The notes beneath the pieces were generated by a model. It did not search any database. It was not told the DNA's origin and saw only the letters and a list, made by a program, of their open reading frames with translations. A DNA stretch of 64,000 bases from a virus (taxonomy: Duplodnaviria > Caudoviricetes), in IMG/VR virus record IMGVR_UViG_3300028048_000079, positions 1 through 64,000 of that record. One strand, written 5' to 3'. Positions 9,968 to 20,962 of the stretch are shown piece by piece (position 1 is the first letter of the stretch; each line of letters starts with the position of its first letter). The position numbers and the translations under genes were made by a program.

Positions 9968-10794
9968 TGAAGGACGTAACAATTATTATACCGGTTCATG
10001 AATATAATGAAACTGTTGATGGGTTGATTAGAAATGCTTTAAAGAGTGTTGCAACATGCCGAGAAGAATACAAGGATGGAAAACTTCCAGTTACAATAGT
10101 TGCAGCACGTAGCCTTGATGAACAACTTAGCAAATCTGATATATATCAGGTAATTTCTGAAACAAAAATCATTTGGAAAGAGGGTGCAACAGATTTCTGT
10201 TCAATGATTAACTATGCTGTTGATTATATTGATACAGATTACTTCTCTATTCTTGAATATGATGATGAATACCGTAAGAAGTGGTTCAAACTCGCTAATG
10301 ATTATTTCTATGGTAATGAAAGCATTAGTATTTTCCTCCCATTGAATGCTGTCCACGCAAACAATAAGGAATGGCAATTTGGCAATGAGTTTGCACTTTC
10401 AAATGCTTTTATCACTGATGAGGTTAATGACACAGATGATGTGGGTATTATCAATTTCAAACGTATGGAAAAATGCTCAGTATTTAATCTGACAGGCGCA
10501 ATCTTCAATAAGAATGATTTTATCAAGGTCGGTAAGTATAAGCCATCAATCAAGGTTGCATTTAACTATGAACTCCTGTTAAGACTTACAAACAAAGGAC
10601 TCAAGTGTATGGTAGTTCCAAAAGAAGGTTATGTGCATAATGTAGGGCGTGAGAATAGTCTGACAGATATTTACAACAAGACACTCACAGATGATGAGGT
10701 AAATAAATGGTTTGAACTTGCATTCCGTGAATATGTCTATGACAATGATAGAAACAAGGATATTATCAATGTTTCAGAAGAAGAATTGAAATAA
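9967..10794 (+). CDS. Glycosyltransferase family 2-like
   Basis: VTIIIPVH start, N.A..IDTDYFSILEYDD DxD-type motif, YELLLRL. Confidence 0.8.
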   Translation: MKDVTIIIPVHEYNETVDGLIRNALKSVATCREEYKDGKLPVTIVAARSLDEQLSKSDIYQVISETKIIWKEGATDFCSMINYAVDYIDTDYFSILEYDDEYRKKWFKLANDYFYGNESISIFLPLNAVHANNKEWQFGNEFALSNAFITDEVNDTDDVGIINFKRMEKCSVFNLTGAIFNKNDFIKVGKYKPSIKVAFNYELLLRLTNKGLKCMVVPKEGYVHNVGRENSLTDIYNKTLTDDEVNKWFELAFREYVYDNDRNKDIINVSEEELK

Positions 10795-10818
10795 TTTCTA
10801 TTGTTATATTTATTTTTA

Positions 10819-11613
10819 ATGTGCGAAACTAACGAAAAAATAGTAACAAATGAAGTAGAAAATACAGTTTTAGAACAACAACCTAAGAAACGTGGAAGAA
10901 AGCCAAATCCTGAAAAAAGAAGTGGCTACTTCTACGAAGAAGAGGAAGAAGCATTCAGACAATATGTAGAAAGTGATGACCAACGTTTTAAAGACCGGAT
11001 ATTCAGCCAAAAACTGTATCCGGCTTTTACCAAGATGATTGAGTCTATCATTAGAAGATATGGCCTTTTTACTCCATCAGAAGATTTCAGTGATACATTT
11101 CATGATACACTTTCTTTCCTTATTACTAAAGTCAATAATTTTGATTTTTCAAAAGGATATAAAGCATACTCCTACTGTGGTACTGTATGCAAACGTTATC
11201 TGCTGCTAAAAAGAACACAAGACATGAAGAAACGTGATACAATACTTTCTTATGATACTATGTTTGCAAATGGTGGCGATAATAGAAGTGATTATGATAG
11301 GGAACATGCAACTATTTCTTTTAATACTGAATTGATTGGCCGTAATATTGAAAAAATACAATTCATATTAAGTCCTGAAAATAGTGAAAAATTAACAGAA
11401 AAAGAAAGACAAGTTGGCTATGCCCTTTTGGAAATATTAATGAATTGGGAACAAATATTCTCAAATCTATCAACAGATAGAAAGTTCAATAAAACATCTT
11501 TCCTCTATTTCGTAAAAGAATACACAAACCTTTCAACAAAAGATGTGAGGGATGCAATGAAAAAATATAAGGAAATCTATTTTCTTGAAAAGGAAAACCT
11601 GATTAATGAGTAA
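10819..11613 (+). CDS. Phage sigma-70-family (gp55-like) late transcription sigma factor
   Basis: Region 2-like FDFSKGYKAYSYCGTVCKRYLL, preceded by helices IESIIRRY...DTLSFLITKV; no clear region 4. Confidence 0.7.
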   Translation: MCETNEKIVTNEVENTVLEQQPKKRGRKPNPEKRSGYFYEEEEEAFRQYVESDDQRFKDRIFSQKLYPAFTKMIESIIRRYGLFTPSEDFSDTFHDTLSFLITKVNNFDFSKGYKAYSYCGTVCKRYLLLKRTQDMKKRDTILSYDTMFANGGDNRSDYDREHATISFNTELIGRNIEKIQFILSPENSEKLTEKERQVGYALLEILMNWEQIFSNLSTDRKFNKTSFLYFVKEYTNLSTKDVRDAMKKYKEIYFLEKENLINE

Positions 11614-11638
11614 TTATAGATATAATATAGTTTGACAA

Positions 11639-12055
11639 ATGGCACTTAAACCACTTAAACATTATAGATTAAAACTTAATTCAGTTGATAAGATTGAGGA
11701 ACTGCTTCAAGAATTATACAATGAAGTATGTCAGAATATTGAGGCAATTCAAAAAGAAATGAACAAACTCTCTAACTCAATTGAACTCAATAATGAAATC
11801 GTAGACTCAAAAGCAAAATATGCCAAAGCAATGAATGATTTTATTGCTAATAAAGATAAAGCTATTGGCAGAAAACTCGAAATTGCAAAACTTATGTCTG
11901 AAGTACTTAAATTTAATGGAAATGTTGCCAAGACATTTGCAGAAAGTGATGCAGTTGGAGATTGGAGTGAGTTTATGAACATGGTTAATAAGGATGGTGA
12001 TAAAGCAGAAGAAACAGCACAACAAGAAGAAAAAATAGAATATAGGCTTAACTAA
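11639..12055 (+). CDS. Coiled-coil hypothetical protein
   Basis: 138 aa, heptad-rich. Confidence 0.7.
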   Translation: MALKPLKHYRLKLNSVDKIEELLQELYNEVCQNIEAIQKEMNKLSNSIELNNEIVDSKAKYAKAMNDFIANKDKAIGRKLEIAKLMSEVLKFNGNVAKTFAESDAVGDWSEFMNMVNKDGDKAEETAQQEEKIEYRLN

Positions 12056-14067
12056 TGGCAAACATCAAAAAGACTAAGGATGATGCAATGTCCATCATCA
12101 ATGCGGCACTTACAATTGTAGATAGGTTTCCGGAGTTTGATATAACAAATACAGATTTGTCTTTCAATACTTCAACAAACCCATTTACTTTCCTTATGGA
12201 TTTATTTAAGGAAACTGCCGGATATAATCTCTTTTTGGAAATTATTACAAGATTTATTGTAACATCTTTACCTGTGGTGGAAACATCAGTTAAGGCCGTA
12301 ATTCTATCCAATATCAAAAACATGCTTGCTTGCTCGTTAAATCCTTTCATCACTGAGGATATATTAAGAGAAGGAATTGTTTTCGACTTGAGGCTTCTTG
12401 ACCTTTTAAACAAACTGAATTATTCGCCATTTGATAAAATAGGCCAATATTATTATTTTGGGTGTGATGAATTTAACTCAACGTCTGACTTGATAAAAGC
12501 TGGTGATTTTGATGCATTCCTATGGTATGTTAAAAACAAATCAAACAGAAGACAAGTATGGTATGGTGCTAATTTAGTTGATACATATACTGACTCAATT
12601 GATGCACCCACGATTGTACAAAAAAAACCCAAAAGCAACCCACCAATTAAAAATGAAGGAAAATGTGCTAAAGATAATGGCATTATAACATTGCAATATT
12701 GTGAAAGACCATCTGGTTTAAGGAATGCAGATTGCACTGGTAGAATATCTTATCTTCAAACACCTCACCACAATTGTCTTCAAGTATTCATAGGCAATAC
12801 GCAAGACACTGACAGTGAGGTTACTGATTTGCAAAACAGTATTAAAGAATACGATGATACTATTAATGGCGCAAAGATAATCATAGAAGATTGTGACAGA
12901 CAGATTGCGGAAATTTCAGAAGAAATTAGTGTTTTGGAACAACAGTTTTCTTCACATATAATTGACAAGGAAACATATGATGCAACTTATGAAACGTTAA
13001 TAGCTACACAAAATGCATTAAGCACAACAATAAAAAACCAAAACATTGATGTAATCAACCCGGCAATTGTATCCAAAACAGAAGCAATTGCAAACTTAAA
13101 ATCACGAACAACGAATAATTACGATAATCCTCAACGTTATCGTACAATTGAGCAGAACTATTACTATGGCCATACTCTCCTTGAGTTCAATACTGACTAT
13201 ATAATGTCATTGAAACTGTTTGACTCAAAGAATTTGGCAGCGCAATTAATTGATTGTCTAACCGGATGCCTTACAGTTAATTTACATCTATCATATGAGC
13301 AAATGCTTGTCAAACAGGAAACACAGAAGATGGTACAGTCAATTGTAGAGACTGATGATGCCGTTGTAAGTGACTGTTTCTTTACTTTCTCTAATGCTGA
13401 TTATGATAAAATGCTTCAAAAAGCAGAACTTGCAAGAGAAGGATTATATACAACAAATACTTTTAATCCCACAGGTGCAAAAATTGATGCTGAAGCAATT
13501 CTTGATAAACTTAACAATATTAACGAGGGGTCTTCTAAGGAAACAATACAGAGCGTTATTGAAGGCAGTCTGACGGAAATAAGTAAAACAATGTCTGACA
13601 CATCATATGATGCTAATGGCGGTGTCAATTTTGGTGCAGAAATCAATTTCATTGAAAATATAATGAATAATCTTGCCTACGTAATTACATTGGCAGTACT
13701 TTCGCCAAAACTATATCTACTTATAGGAGTTAATCTCAGACTATTAGGAAAACAGCCTAATTTCAATATTAATAGTTTCATTGACGAAAATAAACAGATG
13801 ATGGTAAATATATTGCGTAGTGTGCGTGATACATTAGTACAATATCTTGTTGATGAATTAATGAAAATACTTGCTGGGTTAGCAAGGGAGGTTTCTGTTA
13901 AAATGGCTGTTGAACAAGCACAATACTATTCAAGACTTATTAAGAGACTTATTAGTTGTATTAAATCAAGCCGTGGAGATGGCGATGAGACTGATTTCAA
14001 TATTGATGATGTAAACTATGCTGATATTATACAAGAAACCGAAGAGCCGAAAAATAATGAATGTTAA
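12055..14067 (+). CDS. Large hypothetical protein, probable tail/baseplate structural
   Basis: 670-aa ORF, coupled, upstream of the gp5-like gene. Confidence 0.55.
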   Translation: MANIKKTKDDAMSIINAALTIVDRFPEFDITNTDLSFNTSTNPFTFLMDLFKETAGYNLFLEIITRFIVTSLPVVETSVKAVILSNIKNMLACSLNPFITEDILREGIVFDLRLLDLLNKLNYSPFDKIGQYYYFGCDEFNSTSDLIKAGDFDAFLWYVKNKSNRRQVWYGANLVDTYTDSIDAPTIVQKKPKSNPPIKNEGKCAKDNGIITLQYCERPSGLRNADCTGRISYLQTPHHNCLQVFIGNTQDTDSEVTDLQNSIKEYDDTINGAKIIIEDCDRQIAEISEEISVLEQQFSSHIIDKETYDATYETLIATQNALSTTIKNQNIDVINPAIVSKTEAIANLKSRTTNNYDNPQRYRTIEQNYYYGHTLLEFNTDYIMSLKLFDSKNLAAQLIDCLTGCLTVNLHLSYEQMLVKQETQKMVQSIVETDDAVVSDCFFTFSNADYDKMLQKAELAREGLYTTNTFNPTGAKIDAEAILDKLNNINEGSSKETIQSVIEGSLTEISKTMSDTSYDANGGVNFGAEINFIENIMNNLAYVITLAVLSPKLYLLIGVNLRLLGKQPNFNINSFIDENKQMMVNILRSVRDTLVQYLVDELMKILAGLAREVSVKMAVEQAQYYSRLIKRLISCIKSSRGDGDETDFNIDDVNYADIIQETEEPKNNEC

Positions 14068-14077
14068 AATGATATAA

Positions 14078-14473
14078 ATGAGTTGGATTACAAGTATAGC
14101 ACAAGGGATAGAGAAAGTTTTTACAGGAGTCAGACCGGCATTGAAATCAATTCCGCCATTACTTCTTATATGTGAACTTTACAGAAGACCGGGTCTTTCA
14201 GCAATTGCCCTTACAAGTGCAATTATTAGAAGATTACCAGAAGCCGGCATAGAAACTGGTGTAAATCCTGATGGTTCTCCAAATAAAATCGGTGCTTTCG
14301 TTAGAATTATGTGTGAGGAAATTGTAAAGGAAATAAAAGATAATGCAAGGGTTACAAGTGTTGTTGAACCAAACACAATCATGACCATTGGTACAGGCGG
14401 AAATGCCGGTGGCCCTGTAGTTGTACAAGCAACAAACCCATCAATAAGTAAATTATTAGGACTAATACAATAA
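14078..14473 (+). CDS. Probable baseplate/spike-associated protein
   Basis: Gly-rich C-terminus GTGGNAGGPVVV; gene context. Confidence 0.45.
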   Translation: MSWITSIAQGIEKVFTGVRPALKSIPPLLLICELYRRPGLSAIALTSAIIRRLPEAGIETGVNPDGSPNKIGAFVRIMCEEIVKEIKDNARVTSVVEPNTIMTIGTGGNAGGPVVVQATNPSISKLLGLIQ

Positions 14474-14652
14474 TGGAAAATATAGAAATGATGTCTAATG
14501 ATGAACTCAAAAATAAACAAAGAGAATTACTTAATGAGTTCGAAGACCAAAAAACAATAATTGCAAAAGCTTATAGTAAAATGCTTTCTTTGCAGCAAGA
14601 AAATGCTGAAATATATAAGATACTAAGTAAAAGAGAAGGGAGACCACAATAA
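14473..14652 (+). CDS. Small coiled-coil protein (59 aa, absent from the ORF track)
   Basis: MENIEMMSNDELKNKQRELL...; TAATG overlaps with both neighbours. Confidence 0.75.
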   Translation: MENIEMMSNDELKNKQRELLNEFEDQKTIIAKAYSKMLSLQQENAEIYKILSKREGRPQ

Positions 14653-15533
14653 TGGATGAAACAAGTAATTTAATCTATTTTTGCAACGTATTGTCAGTAA
14701 TTGATGATAAAGAAGGATTAAGAATTAAAGTGAGAATACCTTATCTTGATGACAGTAAAACTCCTGTAAGCGAACTGCCATATGTCTTCCCATTGCTGCC
14801 TAAATTCGTCCATGTAAACCCTAAAAAAGATGAAATGGTGCTTGTAGTCCTCCAAACTATAAATGGAGCACAAAGTAATAGATTTTTCATCGGTCCTGTT
14901 ATTTCACAACCGCAAAAATTAGATTTTGATGCATATGCATATTCAGCACAAAGCCTTTTCACTGGTAATCAAATAGCAAAACCATTACCTGCACCAAGCC
15001 TTGACCCCGATAATAACGGTACTTTGCCTGATAGAGAAGATATTGCAATACAAGGACGTGGAAATTCTGATATGGTTCTTAAACCAACAGAACTTAGACT
15101 TAGGTGTGGCTTCAAACAAAATTCAACCGCAAATAAAGAAGATTGTCTTAAATTCAATAAAGTTGACCTTGGCTACATACAAATAAAATACAATCATATG
15201 AAAGACCATAAAAACAATGATTTTTCAAGTATTATTAATATTGTAGCGGATAGAATTAACCTATTATCACATGATTCAAGGGATTATTTCAATCTAACAG
15301 ACCCAGATAGTTTAATTAAAGATGACGAATTAAAGAAAATATTTGAAAATGCACACCAATTACCATATGGTGATAAGTTAATTGATTTCCTTAAAGAGTT
15401 TATCAGAATATTCCTTAATCATACGCATCCATTCTCAATGGATAAACCATGTCTAAATGAACCGGATTTGGAAAAACTTACAACAAAATCACACTTGGAT
15501 GAAATGCTTTCAAATTCAATAAGGATAAACTAA
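14652..15533 (+). CDS. Baseplate hub/central spike protein (gp5/VgrG N-terminal OB-fold-like)
   Basis: RIKVRIP...PLLP...P...E.VLV OB-fold pattern; C-terminal NHTHP. Confidence 0.7.
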   Translation: MDETSNLIYFCNVLSVIDDKEGLRIKVRIPYLDDSKTPVSELPYVFPLLPKFVHVNPKKDEMVLVVLQTINGAQSNRFFIGPVISQPQKLDFDAYAYSAQSLFTGNQIAKPLPAPSLDPDNNGTLPDREDIAIQGRGNSDMVLKPTELRLRCGFKQNSTANKEDCLKFNKVDLGYIQIKYNHMKDHKNNDFSSIINIVADRINLLSHDSRDYFNLTDPDSLIKDDELKKIFENAHQLPYGDKLIDFLKEFIRIFLNHTHPFSMDKPCLNEPDLEKLTTKSHLDEMLSNSIRIN

Positions 15534-15596
15534 GTCCGATTATATTTTTTAATCGGATTTTTCGTCTATTTATATACATACAAACAAGATTTTACA

Positions 15597-17033
15597 ATGG
15601 CAATCAATACTAAAACATTTTTCTCAAAAACAAATACAATTGTAAGAGACAATGCTTGCAACCTTTCACTTAACCCAGTAGCAGAGTTAAACTACGGAAA
15701 AATGTTGTCACGCATATTAATCTACTTTGACCATAACAAAGTTAAACAAATGGTCGAAGATAAGACATATCCTGATATTTCCAAACTGAAACATGTACTC
15801 CACATGACTAATGCGGCATCTGTTAATGATAGAAACATTAACTGTGGTATGATGGATAGTGAATATAATAAAACAAAAAGAAGAGCAATTTCATTTGACA
15901 TCATATTCTTCCTAATACCTAATGATTGGGACAATGGAAGAGGCTTTGACTATGCATATGACTTATATGATAAAGAACATCGCTCAGTTTCCAAAGATGG
16001 ATGTAGCTGGTATCAATTCAGAAACTATTGTAAATGGGATACAGAAGGTGTATACAGCATCGAAAGACTTTCTAATGAAGTAGATTTATTTACTTCAATA
16101 AATGGAAACCTTTCAACAATCATTATAGGATACCAACATTTCGATGTGGGCAATGAGCCACTTGTATTTGATATTACAGAAACATTCAATAAATTCATTA
16201 CAGGAGAATTGTGCAACTACGGAATAGGAATTGCATTCTCACCTGCATTTGAGTCAACTACAACTGAATTGTCACAATATGTAGGCTTCTTTACACAGCA
16301 TACAAATTCTTTCTATGAACCATACATTGAAACCACGTATGATGAAACAATAGATGATGACAGAACTGATTTCTATCTTGATAAAGATAATAAACTCTAT
16401 TTCTATGCCTCTGTTGGCGGAAAAACAGTCAACCTTGATGAAATGCCTACGTGTAAGGTAAATGATGTTGAATATGAAACAAAACAAGCCACAAAGGGCG
16501 TTTATTATATAGATATCAACCTTTCATCAGAAGACTATGAAACAGATACCATGCTCTATGATACATGGGGAAATATCAAATATAACGGACGTGAAATACC
16601 TGACGTAGAACTAAGTTTTGTCACCAAATCACCAAATGGCTATTTCTCATTCGGACTTCCAACAGAAGAAACAGAAACACCAAAATTCCAACCATATCTT
16701 TATGGTATAAATAACCTTGAAAGAATAAAACGTGGGGATATAAGAAAAGTTTCCATTGATTGCAAAATACCTTATACAATCAACCAAATATACGCAGTTG
16801 ATAACCTTGAATATAGACTTTATACAATGCAAGCAGATAGGGAAATAGATGTTATATCATACACAAAGGTCGAAAGAGGGTACAACTCAAACTACTTCTT
16901 CATCAATACTAATGATTTAATACCATCAAGATACTATATTGATATTAAAGCCAAATATGACTACGAAGAAATATATCATAGGGATATGCTTGAATTTGAT
17001 ATAATAAATGATGTTAAGGAACATTTTAATTAA
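15597..17033 (+). CDS. Probable virion structural protein
   Basis: 478 aa, beta-rich; TATTTAT at 15567-15573. Confidence 0.6.
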   Translation: MAINTKTFFSKTNTIVRDNACNLSLNPVAELNYGKMLSRILIYFDHNKVKQMVEDKTYPDISKLKHVLHMTNAASVNDRNINCGMMDSEYNKTKRRAISFDIIFFLIPNDWDNGRGFDYAYDLYDKEHRSVSKDGCSWYQFRNYCKWDTEGVYSIERLSNEVDLFTSINGNLSTIIIGYQHFDVGNEPLVFDITETFNKFITGELCNYGIGIAFSPAFESTTTELSQYVGFFTQHTNSFYEPYIETTYDETIDDDRTDFYLDKDNKLYFYASVGGKTVNLDEMPTCKVNDVEYETKQATKGVYYIDINLSSEDYETDTMLYDTWGNIKYNGREIPDVELSFVTKSPNGYFSFGLPTEETETPKFQPYLYGINNLERIKRGDIRKVSIDCKIPYTINQIYAVDNLEYRLYTMQADREIDVISYTKVERGYNSNYFFINTNDLIPSRYYIDIKAKYDYEEIYHRDMLEFDIINDVKEHFN

Positions 17034-17088
17034 TATATGAAACAATTCAAAAGACAACACTGGTAGGTAATATATAAGTTTACCTACA

Positions 17089-17508
17089 ATGAGAAAAAAA
17101 GATTATAAATTAAAACACAAAATCAAATACTGTGTAGTTAACTGTCACAATAAGTTTGACCGGTATTTTGTTAAGGAAAAATGGGGTGATTCACAGTTCG
17201 TACCATTCAGTAAAACTTCCTACGATGACCCATATGATGAAACTGACTACGACTATCTAAGTCAGAAGAAAATAAAGAAATATTTAAAAAGATGGCTTTT
17301 AAAACGCATTAATCATACTGTTGAAAAAGTATATTCCGAATATGTAAAACTTGGTTGGCGTAATGAGTTTGAAAAGAAAATCATTTGGAATAAAATGGTA
17401 AGAAACGGAATACATGAAACAACAAAATACTATTGGAAATATTATGAAGGATTATACGTAGATTCCAATAATATTTTAAGATATAAAAAGAAAGGACTAC
17501 CGAAATAA
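17089..17508 (+). CDS. Basic hypothetical protein
   Basis: 139-aa Lys-rich ORF; GLYVD..ILR end. Confidence 0.6.
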   Translation: MRKKDYKLKHKIKYCVVNCHNKFDRYFVKEKWGDSQFVPFSKTSYDDPYDETDYDYLSQKKIKKYLKRWLLKRINHTVEKVYSEYVKLGWRNEFEKKIIWNKMVRNGIHETTKYYWKYYEGLYVDSNNILRYKKKGLPK

Positions 17509-17520
17509 AGTAGTCCTTTT
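17491..17520. terminator. Bidirectional terminator
   Basis: AAAGGACTAC/GTAGTCCTTT stem between convergent genes. Confidence 0.75.
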
Positions 17521-17525
17521 ATTTG

Positions 17526-18710
17526 TTATGAGTTTGCCCAATTGTTATTATCATCAGGATTAATACCATTCTTCCTAAGATACCTATCTGTATATATCCT
17601 ATATTGCTTTGGGTCAAAACCATAGTCAATTAAATCAACAGTGAAATAATCATGTTTGAACTGTTTTAAATCTTCCGGGTCTTCACCTTTGTAATCCCAA
17701 CCATTCACAATCTTTTTAGTATCTTTATTCACTGCAAAATGACTGTATCCTTGATTATTCTTGAAAGTTGACTCTGATAATCTATCCGATTGCTCTCTCC
17801 AACCTTCACCATAACCAACCCTATCTTCTATATTTGGGTTTTTCATAGCTACACCGTTAATCTCACGCTGTTTGGTATTGTACTTTTCAGCAGTTTCAAA
17901 ATCACCGTTCTTCATTGCCTTCATCGCTTTGTCACGGTTATTCCTTGCTGCCATACCAAGCCATCGCTGACCTTCCTTACTATTGCCTATCTCATTAATC
18001 CTTTCCCTACTTTCACTTACATTTACCTCAGAAAGCCTCTTGTTAAATGAATTAATCTTATTGATACACTCACCAACTTCTTTCCATAATTCAATCGATT
18101 GCTGCTTACTGTCAAGTACGCTACCCTCAACCTTACTTACGTAAATGTAACCGTCTTTGGTGAGACTTACAATAATGTATAAATCACTGAAATCCACAAA
18201 AGCATCATACCTGTCAATGTCACATGTAACATAATGTGGGTAATTTCCACAAATACCCTTCAGAACATCCAATATAACATCATTGTTATCATTTATAAAA
18301 TAATAATCGTCATTATCATAATCATCATTATCAGATGTCTCAATTAAACCCTCATTTACAAGCCTTGTAATTGTATTCTCAGCAATCTGTAAAGCATCGT
18401 TCTTGCTAAGTGATAAATGCTCCTTACTTTCGTTCCTACCAAGACATATCTGTGCAAATCCCTGCATAATACACCTTGCAATGTATTCATCATTCTTAGT
18501 ACTAATAGGACAAGGGATTAATCTTTTCTGACCCTTGTACTGAACAGTGATTTTATCCTCATCCTGCCAATAAGCCTTCAATATATCATTCTCTGTAGGG
18601 ACTGTGTAATTATCCATAGTAATAGGGACTTCTAACTCACCCTTATTCCTAAGATTGAATATTTCACTTTTTACGTCCTTAAATATATCATGTGCCGAAA
18701 TTTTAGCCAT
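17526..18710 (-). CDS. Multidomain candidate internal head protein
   Basis: Start likely MAKISAH at 18710, downstream of late motif 18735-18741; LVNE, SES, INE, LSES linkers. Confidence 0.6.
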   Translation of the reverse strand: MAKISAHDIFKDVKSEIFNLRNKGELEVPITMDNYTVPTENDILKAYWQDEDKITVQYKGQKRLIPCPISTKNDEYIARCIMQGFAQICLGRNESKEHLSLSKNDALQIAENTITRLVNEGLIETSDNDDYDNDDYYFINDNNDVILDVLKGICGNYPHYVTCDIDRYDAFVDFSDLYIIVSLTKDGYIYVSKVEGSVLDSKQQSIELWKEVGECINKINSFNKRLSEVNVSESRERINEIGNSKEGQRWLGMAARNNRDKAMKAMKNGDFETAEKYNTKQREINGVAMKNPNIEDRVGYGEGWREQSDRLSESTFKNNQGYSHFAVNKDTKKIVNGWDYKGEDPEDLKQFKHDYFTVDLIDYGFDPKQYRIYTDRYLRKNGINPDDNNNWANS

Positions 18711-18732
18711 ATTTTTCTTAATTATGTATATA

Positions 18733-20751
18733 TTATAAATAGTCTGGATTCTTATAAACATACTTGATTAATCCGCAATCCCAAATACGGTCATAACCAA
18801 GTTTTTTAGTCATTTCAAGTTCAGTCATCTTCAAATCCAAGCCATATTTCTTATTTAATTTCTGTTTTCGGAAACCAAACTTATGATGGCGTGTCTTATC
18901 TTCACATCCAATCTTATAATAACGATACTCAGGCATTAAAGTGCTGTCAAGTTCAAAACCAAGCTTAGTGTATATGTTGTCAAGACTGTTATAAGTCCAG
19001 CGTTTATCTGCAAATGACTTTATTTCTGAATATGAGTAATGGTTAACGAAATAATTGAACAACTTACCACCTATACCACAGCATATATAATTATTGTCAC
19101 TTGCAAATCTGACTAATTCCCATGCCTTATTTTTTCCGCATAAAAATGACATTACACCAACAAGTGTTTCATTATAATAAGCACCTAAATGAACAGTTGC
19201 TTTGGCCGGACCTTGTATGTGATTTTTAGTAAGGAATTCAAATGCTTCAATAGGCTTGATTTCTTTTATCGTACACTTCCTTGCAAAAACCTTTTTATAA
19301 GATATATTTGTTTTTAATATATGCTTTAATTTTGATATAACAATTTCTCTACAGTTAATATATTCATCTTCAAACACATGAATTACATTTATTCCTTTTT
19401 TACGGTACATCCTTGATATACTGTTTAATGAATCACGGTCATTATGCTCAATAGGCACAAAGTGTATTATAAAATCTTTACTTTTAATCATATTGCTTTT
19501 TAATTGCACAATGTCTTTTGTAATATGATTCTTAATGTCAATTAAAAACTTTTTGAAATTGTCACAAACTTCGTGGTTTTCAATTGAATTAATATATTCA
19601 ACAAGTTCATTTACTTGCGTAAATACTTTTTTATCTTTGTAAAATGGTAAATCTATTGATACATTGTTTTGTATAAAATACGACGGAATTACAAAATATA
19701 CAATTTCAATACCTAATTTTTTGGCTTTAACATACTTTTCAGCATCAAGTCTTTTACGTTCCTCAAACAAATTCTTAGCATCGTCATCTGTCATCTTCTT
19801 TGTAAATCTGACCGGAGTAAAATGCTGCTCACCTTGGCATTCAATTATTATGTTTTTACCATTTAGATAGAAATCAACAGTTTGTCTGCCAAGTTTTAAC
19901 ACACTTGATTGATATTCATAATTAATATCTTCCTTGTTGAAACGTGCAATAAGTATGTTTTCTAATTTAGAACTCTTACATTTAGGACAACCTTGTCCTT
20001 GCAAATGACGGTATGGTGTTACTTTAAAAGTGCCATGTACGGGGCATATTATATCTCCTTTGGTTACTCTGTTAACATATATGAAATTCTTGTAATCATA
20101 ATAGTCGTGATGAACTTCATTGGCCTTTTCTACGAATTCTTCTTTATTACCGATTGTTCCGCCATTACATTCAGGACAGCCGCACCCTTGTAGGTGAGAG
20201 CCTGCCGTTTGTATAAACGAGCCATGAACAGGACAAATTATTTCTATTTTATTCTTTATTTTCGTAGAGGTTACTTTATCATATATGTACTTACCATTAT
20301 GTACCTTATTTGCCTTACGTTTCCATTCATCAAGTGTATATGTATAATGTCCACCACATTTAGGACAGCCGATGCCATATATTAAGTTGCAAGCACGTAT
20401 TTCAAACTCACCATGTTCTTCTCCAAATTCATCCTTTTCGTGACAAATAACTGTAACCTTATTTCTTGCATTTGTATACACTACCTTTGAGAAATCATAC
20501 TTGTCACCATGTATCTCTTTGATTTTGGTGATAAAATCATTAGTGTTTCTGTATTTACCACTACAAACCGGACAATTTCCGTTGTTATGAATTAAACTAT
20601 CAAATGTAGTTTCAAAATCTATATTGTGTTTTTTGCATGTAACACACATTTTATCTTTAACTGTGTTTGGATTAGCCTTTGTAAAGTCAAATACATCACC
20701 ATGTCTTTGTTTTACTTTATAAACATAAAAATCAAATTTATCCTCTGTCAT
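18733..20751 (-). CDS. Hef-like free-standing homing endonuclease (Zn-ribbon repeats + PD-(D/E)xK + Hef C-terminal domain)
   Basis: Four C..HG.F....L.G.GCP.C repeats; VDFY...IIIECQGEQH; FARKC..KEI, NHIQG, WELVRFA, IWDCG. Confidence 0.75.
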   Translation of the reverse strand: MTEDKFDFYVYKVKQRHGDVFDFTKANPNTVKDKMCVTCKKHNIDFETTFDSLIHNNGNCPVCSGKYRNTNDFITKIKEIHGDKYDFSKVVYTNARNKVTVICHEKDEFGEEHGEFEIRACNLIYGIGCPKCGGHYTYTLDEWKRKANKVHNGKYIYDKVTSTKIKNKIEIICPVHGSFIQTAGSHLQGCGCPECNGGTIGNKEEFVEKANEVHHDYYDYKNFIYVNRVTKGDIICPVHGTFKVTPYRHLQGQGCPKCKSSKLENILIARFNKEDINYEYQSSVLKLGRQTVDFYLNGKNIIIECQGEQHFTPVRFTKKMTDDDAKNLFEERKRLDAEKYVKAKKLGIEIVYFVIPSYFIQNNVSIDLPFYKDKKVFTQVNELVEYINSIENHEVCDNFKKFLIDIKNHITKDIVQLKSNMIKSKDFIIHFVPIEHNDRDSLNSISRMYRKKGINVIHVFEDEYINCREIVISKLKHILKTNISYKKVFARKCTIKEIKPIEAFEFLTKNHIQGPAKATVHLGAYYNETLVGVMSFLCGKNKAWELVRFASDNNYICCGIGGKLFNYFVNHYSYSEIKSFADKRWTYNSLDNIYTKLGFELDSTLMPEYRYYKIGCEDKTRHHKFGFRKQKLNKKYGLDLKMTELEMTKKLGYDRIWDCGLIKYVYKNPDYL

Positions 20752-20842
20752 AATATATTTGTTTATTATAATAATAAATATCTTATTTTTTCATTAAAAT
20801 ACCAATTTACTATTGCTTATTTTTAATTTTATTAATTTTTTG

Positions 20843-20874
20843 CAAATATACTAATTTTTAGAGTATTTTCCAAA
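20843..20874 (-). promoter_or_regulatory. Bacteroidota sigma-A-type promoter
   Basis: Minus strand TTTG-N20-TATATTTG upstream of the endonuclease. Confidence 0.7.
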
Positions 20875-20931
20875 TATTTTTAGTTAAAAAATGTTATTTT
20901 CGTTAAAATCCCAATGTAAAAAAGTAGATAT

Positions 20932-20962
20932 AAAAATAAAGGGATTGACCTAACAATCCCCT
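20932..20962 (-). terminator. Terminator after major capsid gene
   Basis: GGGATTG/CAATCCC stem with T-tract on the minus strand. Confidence 0.7.
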
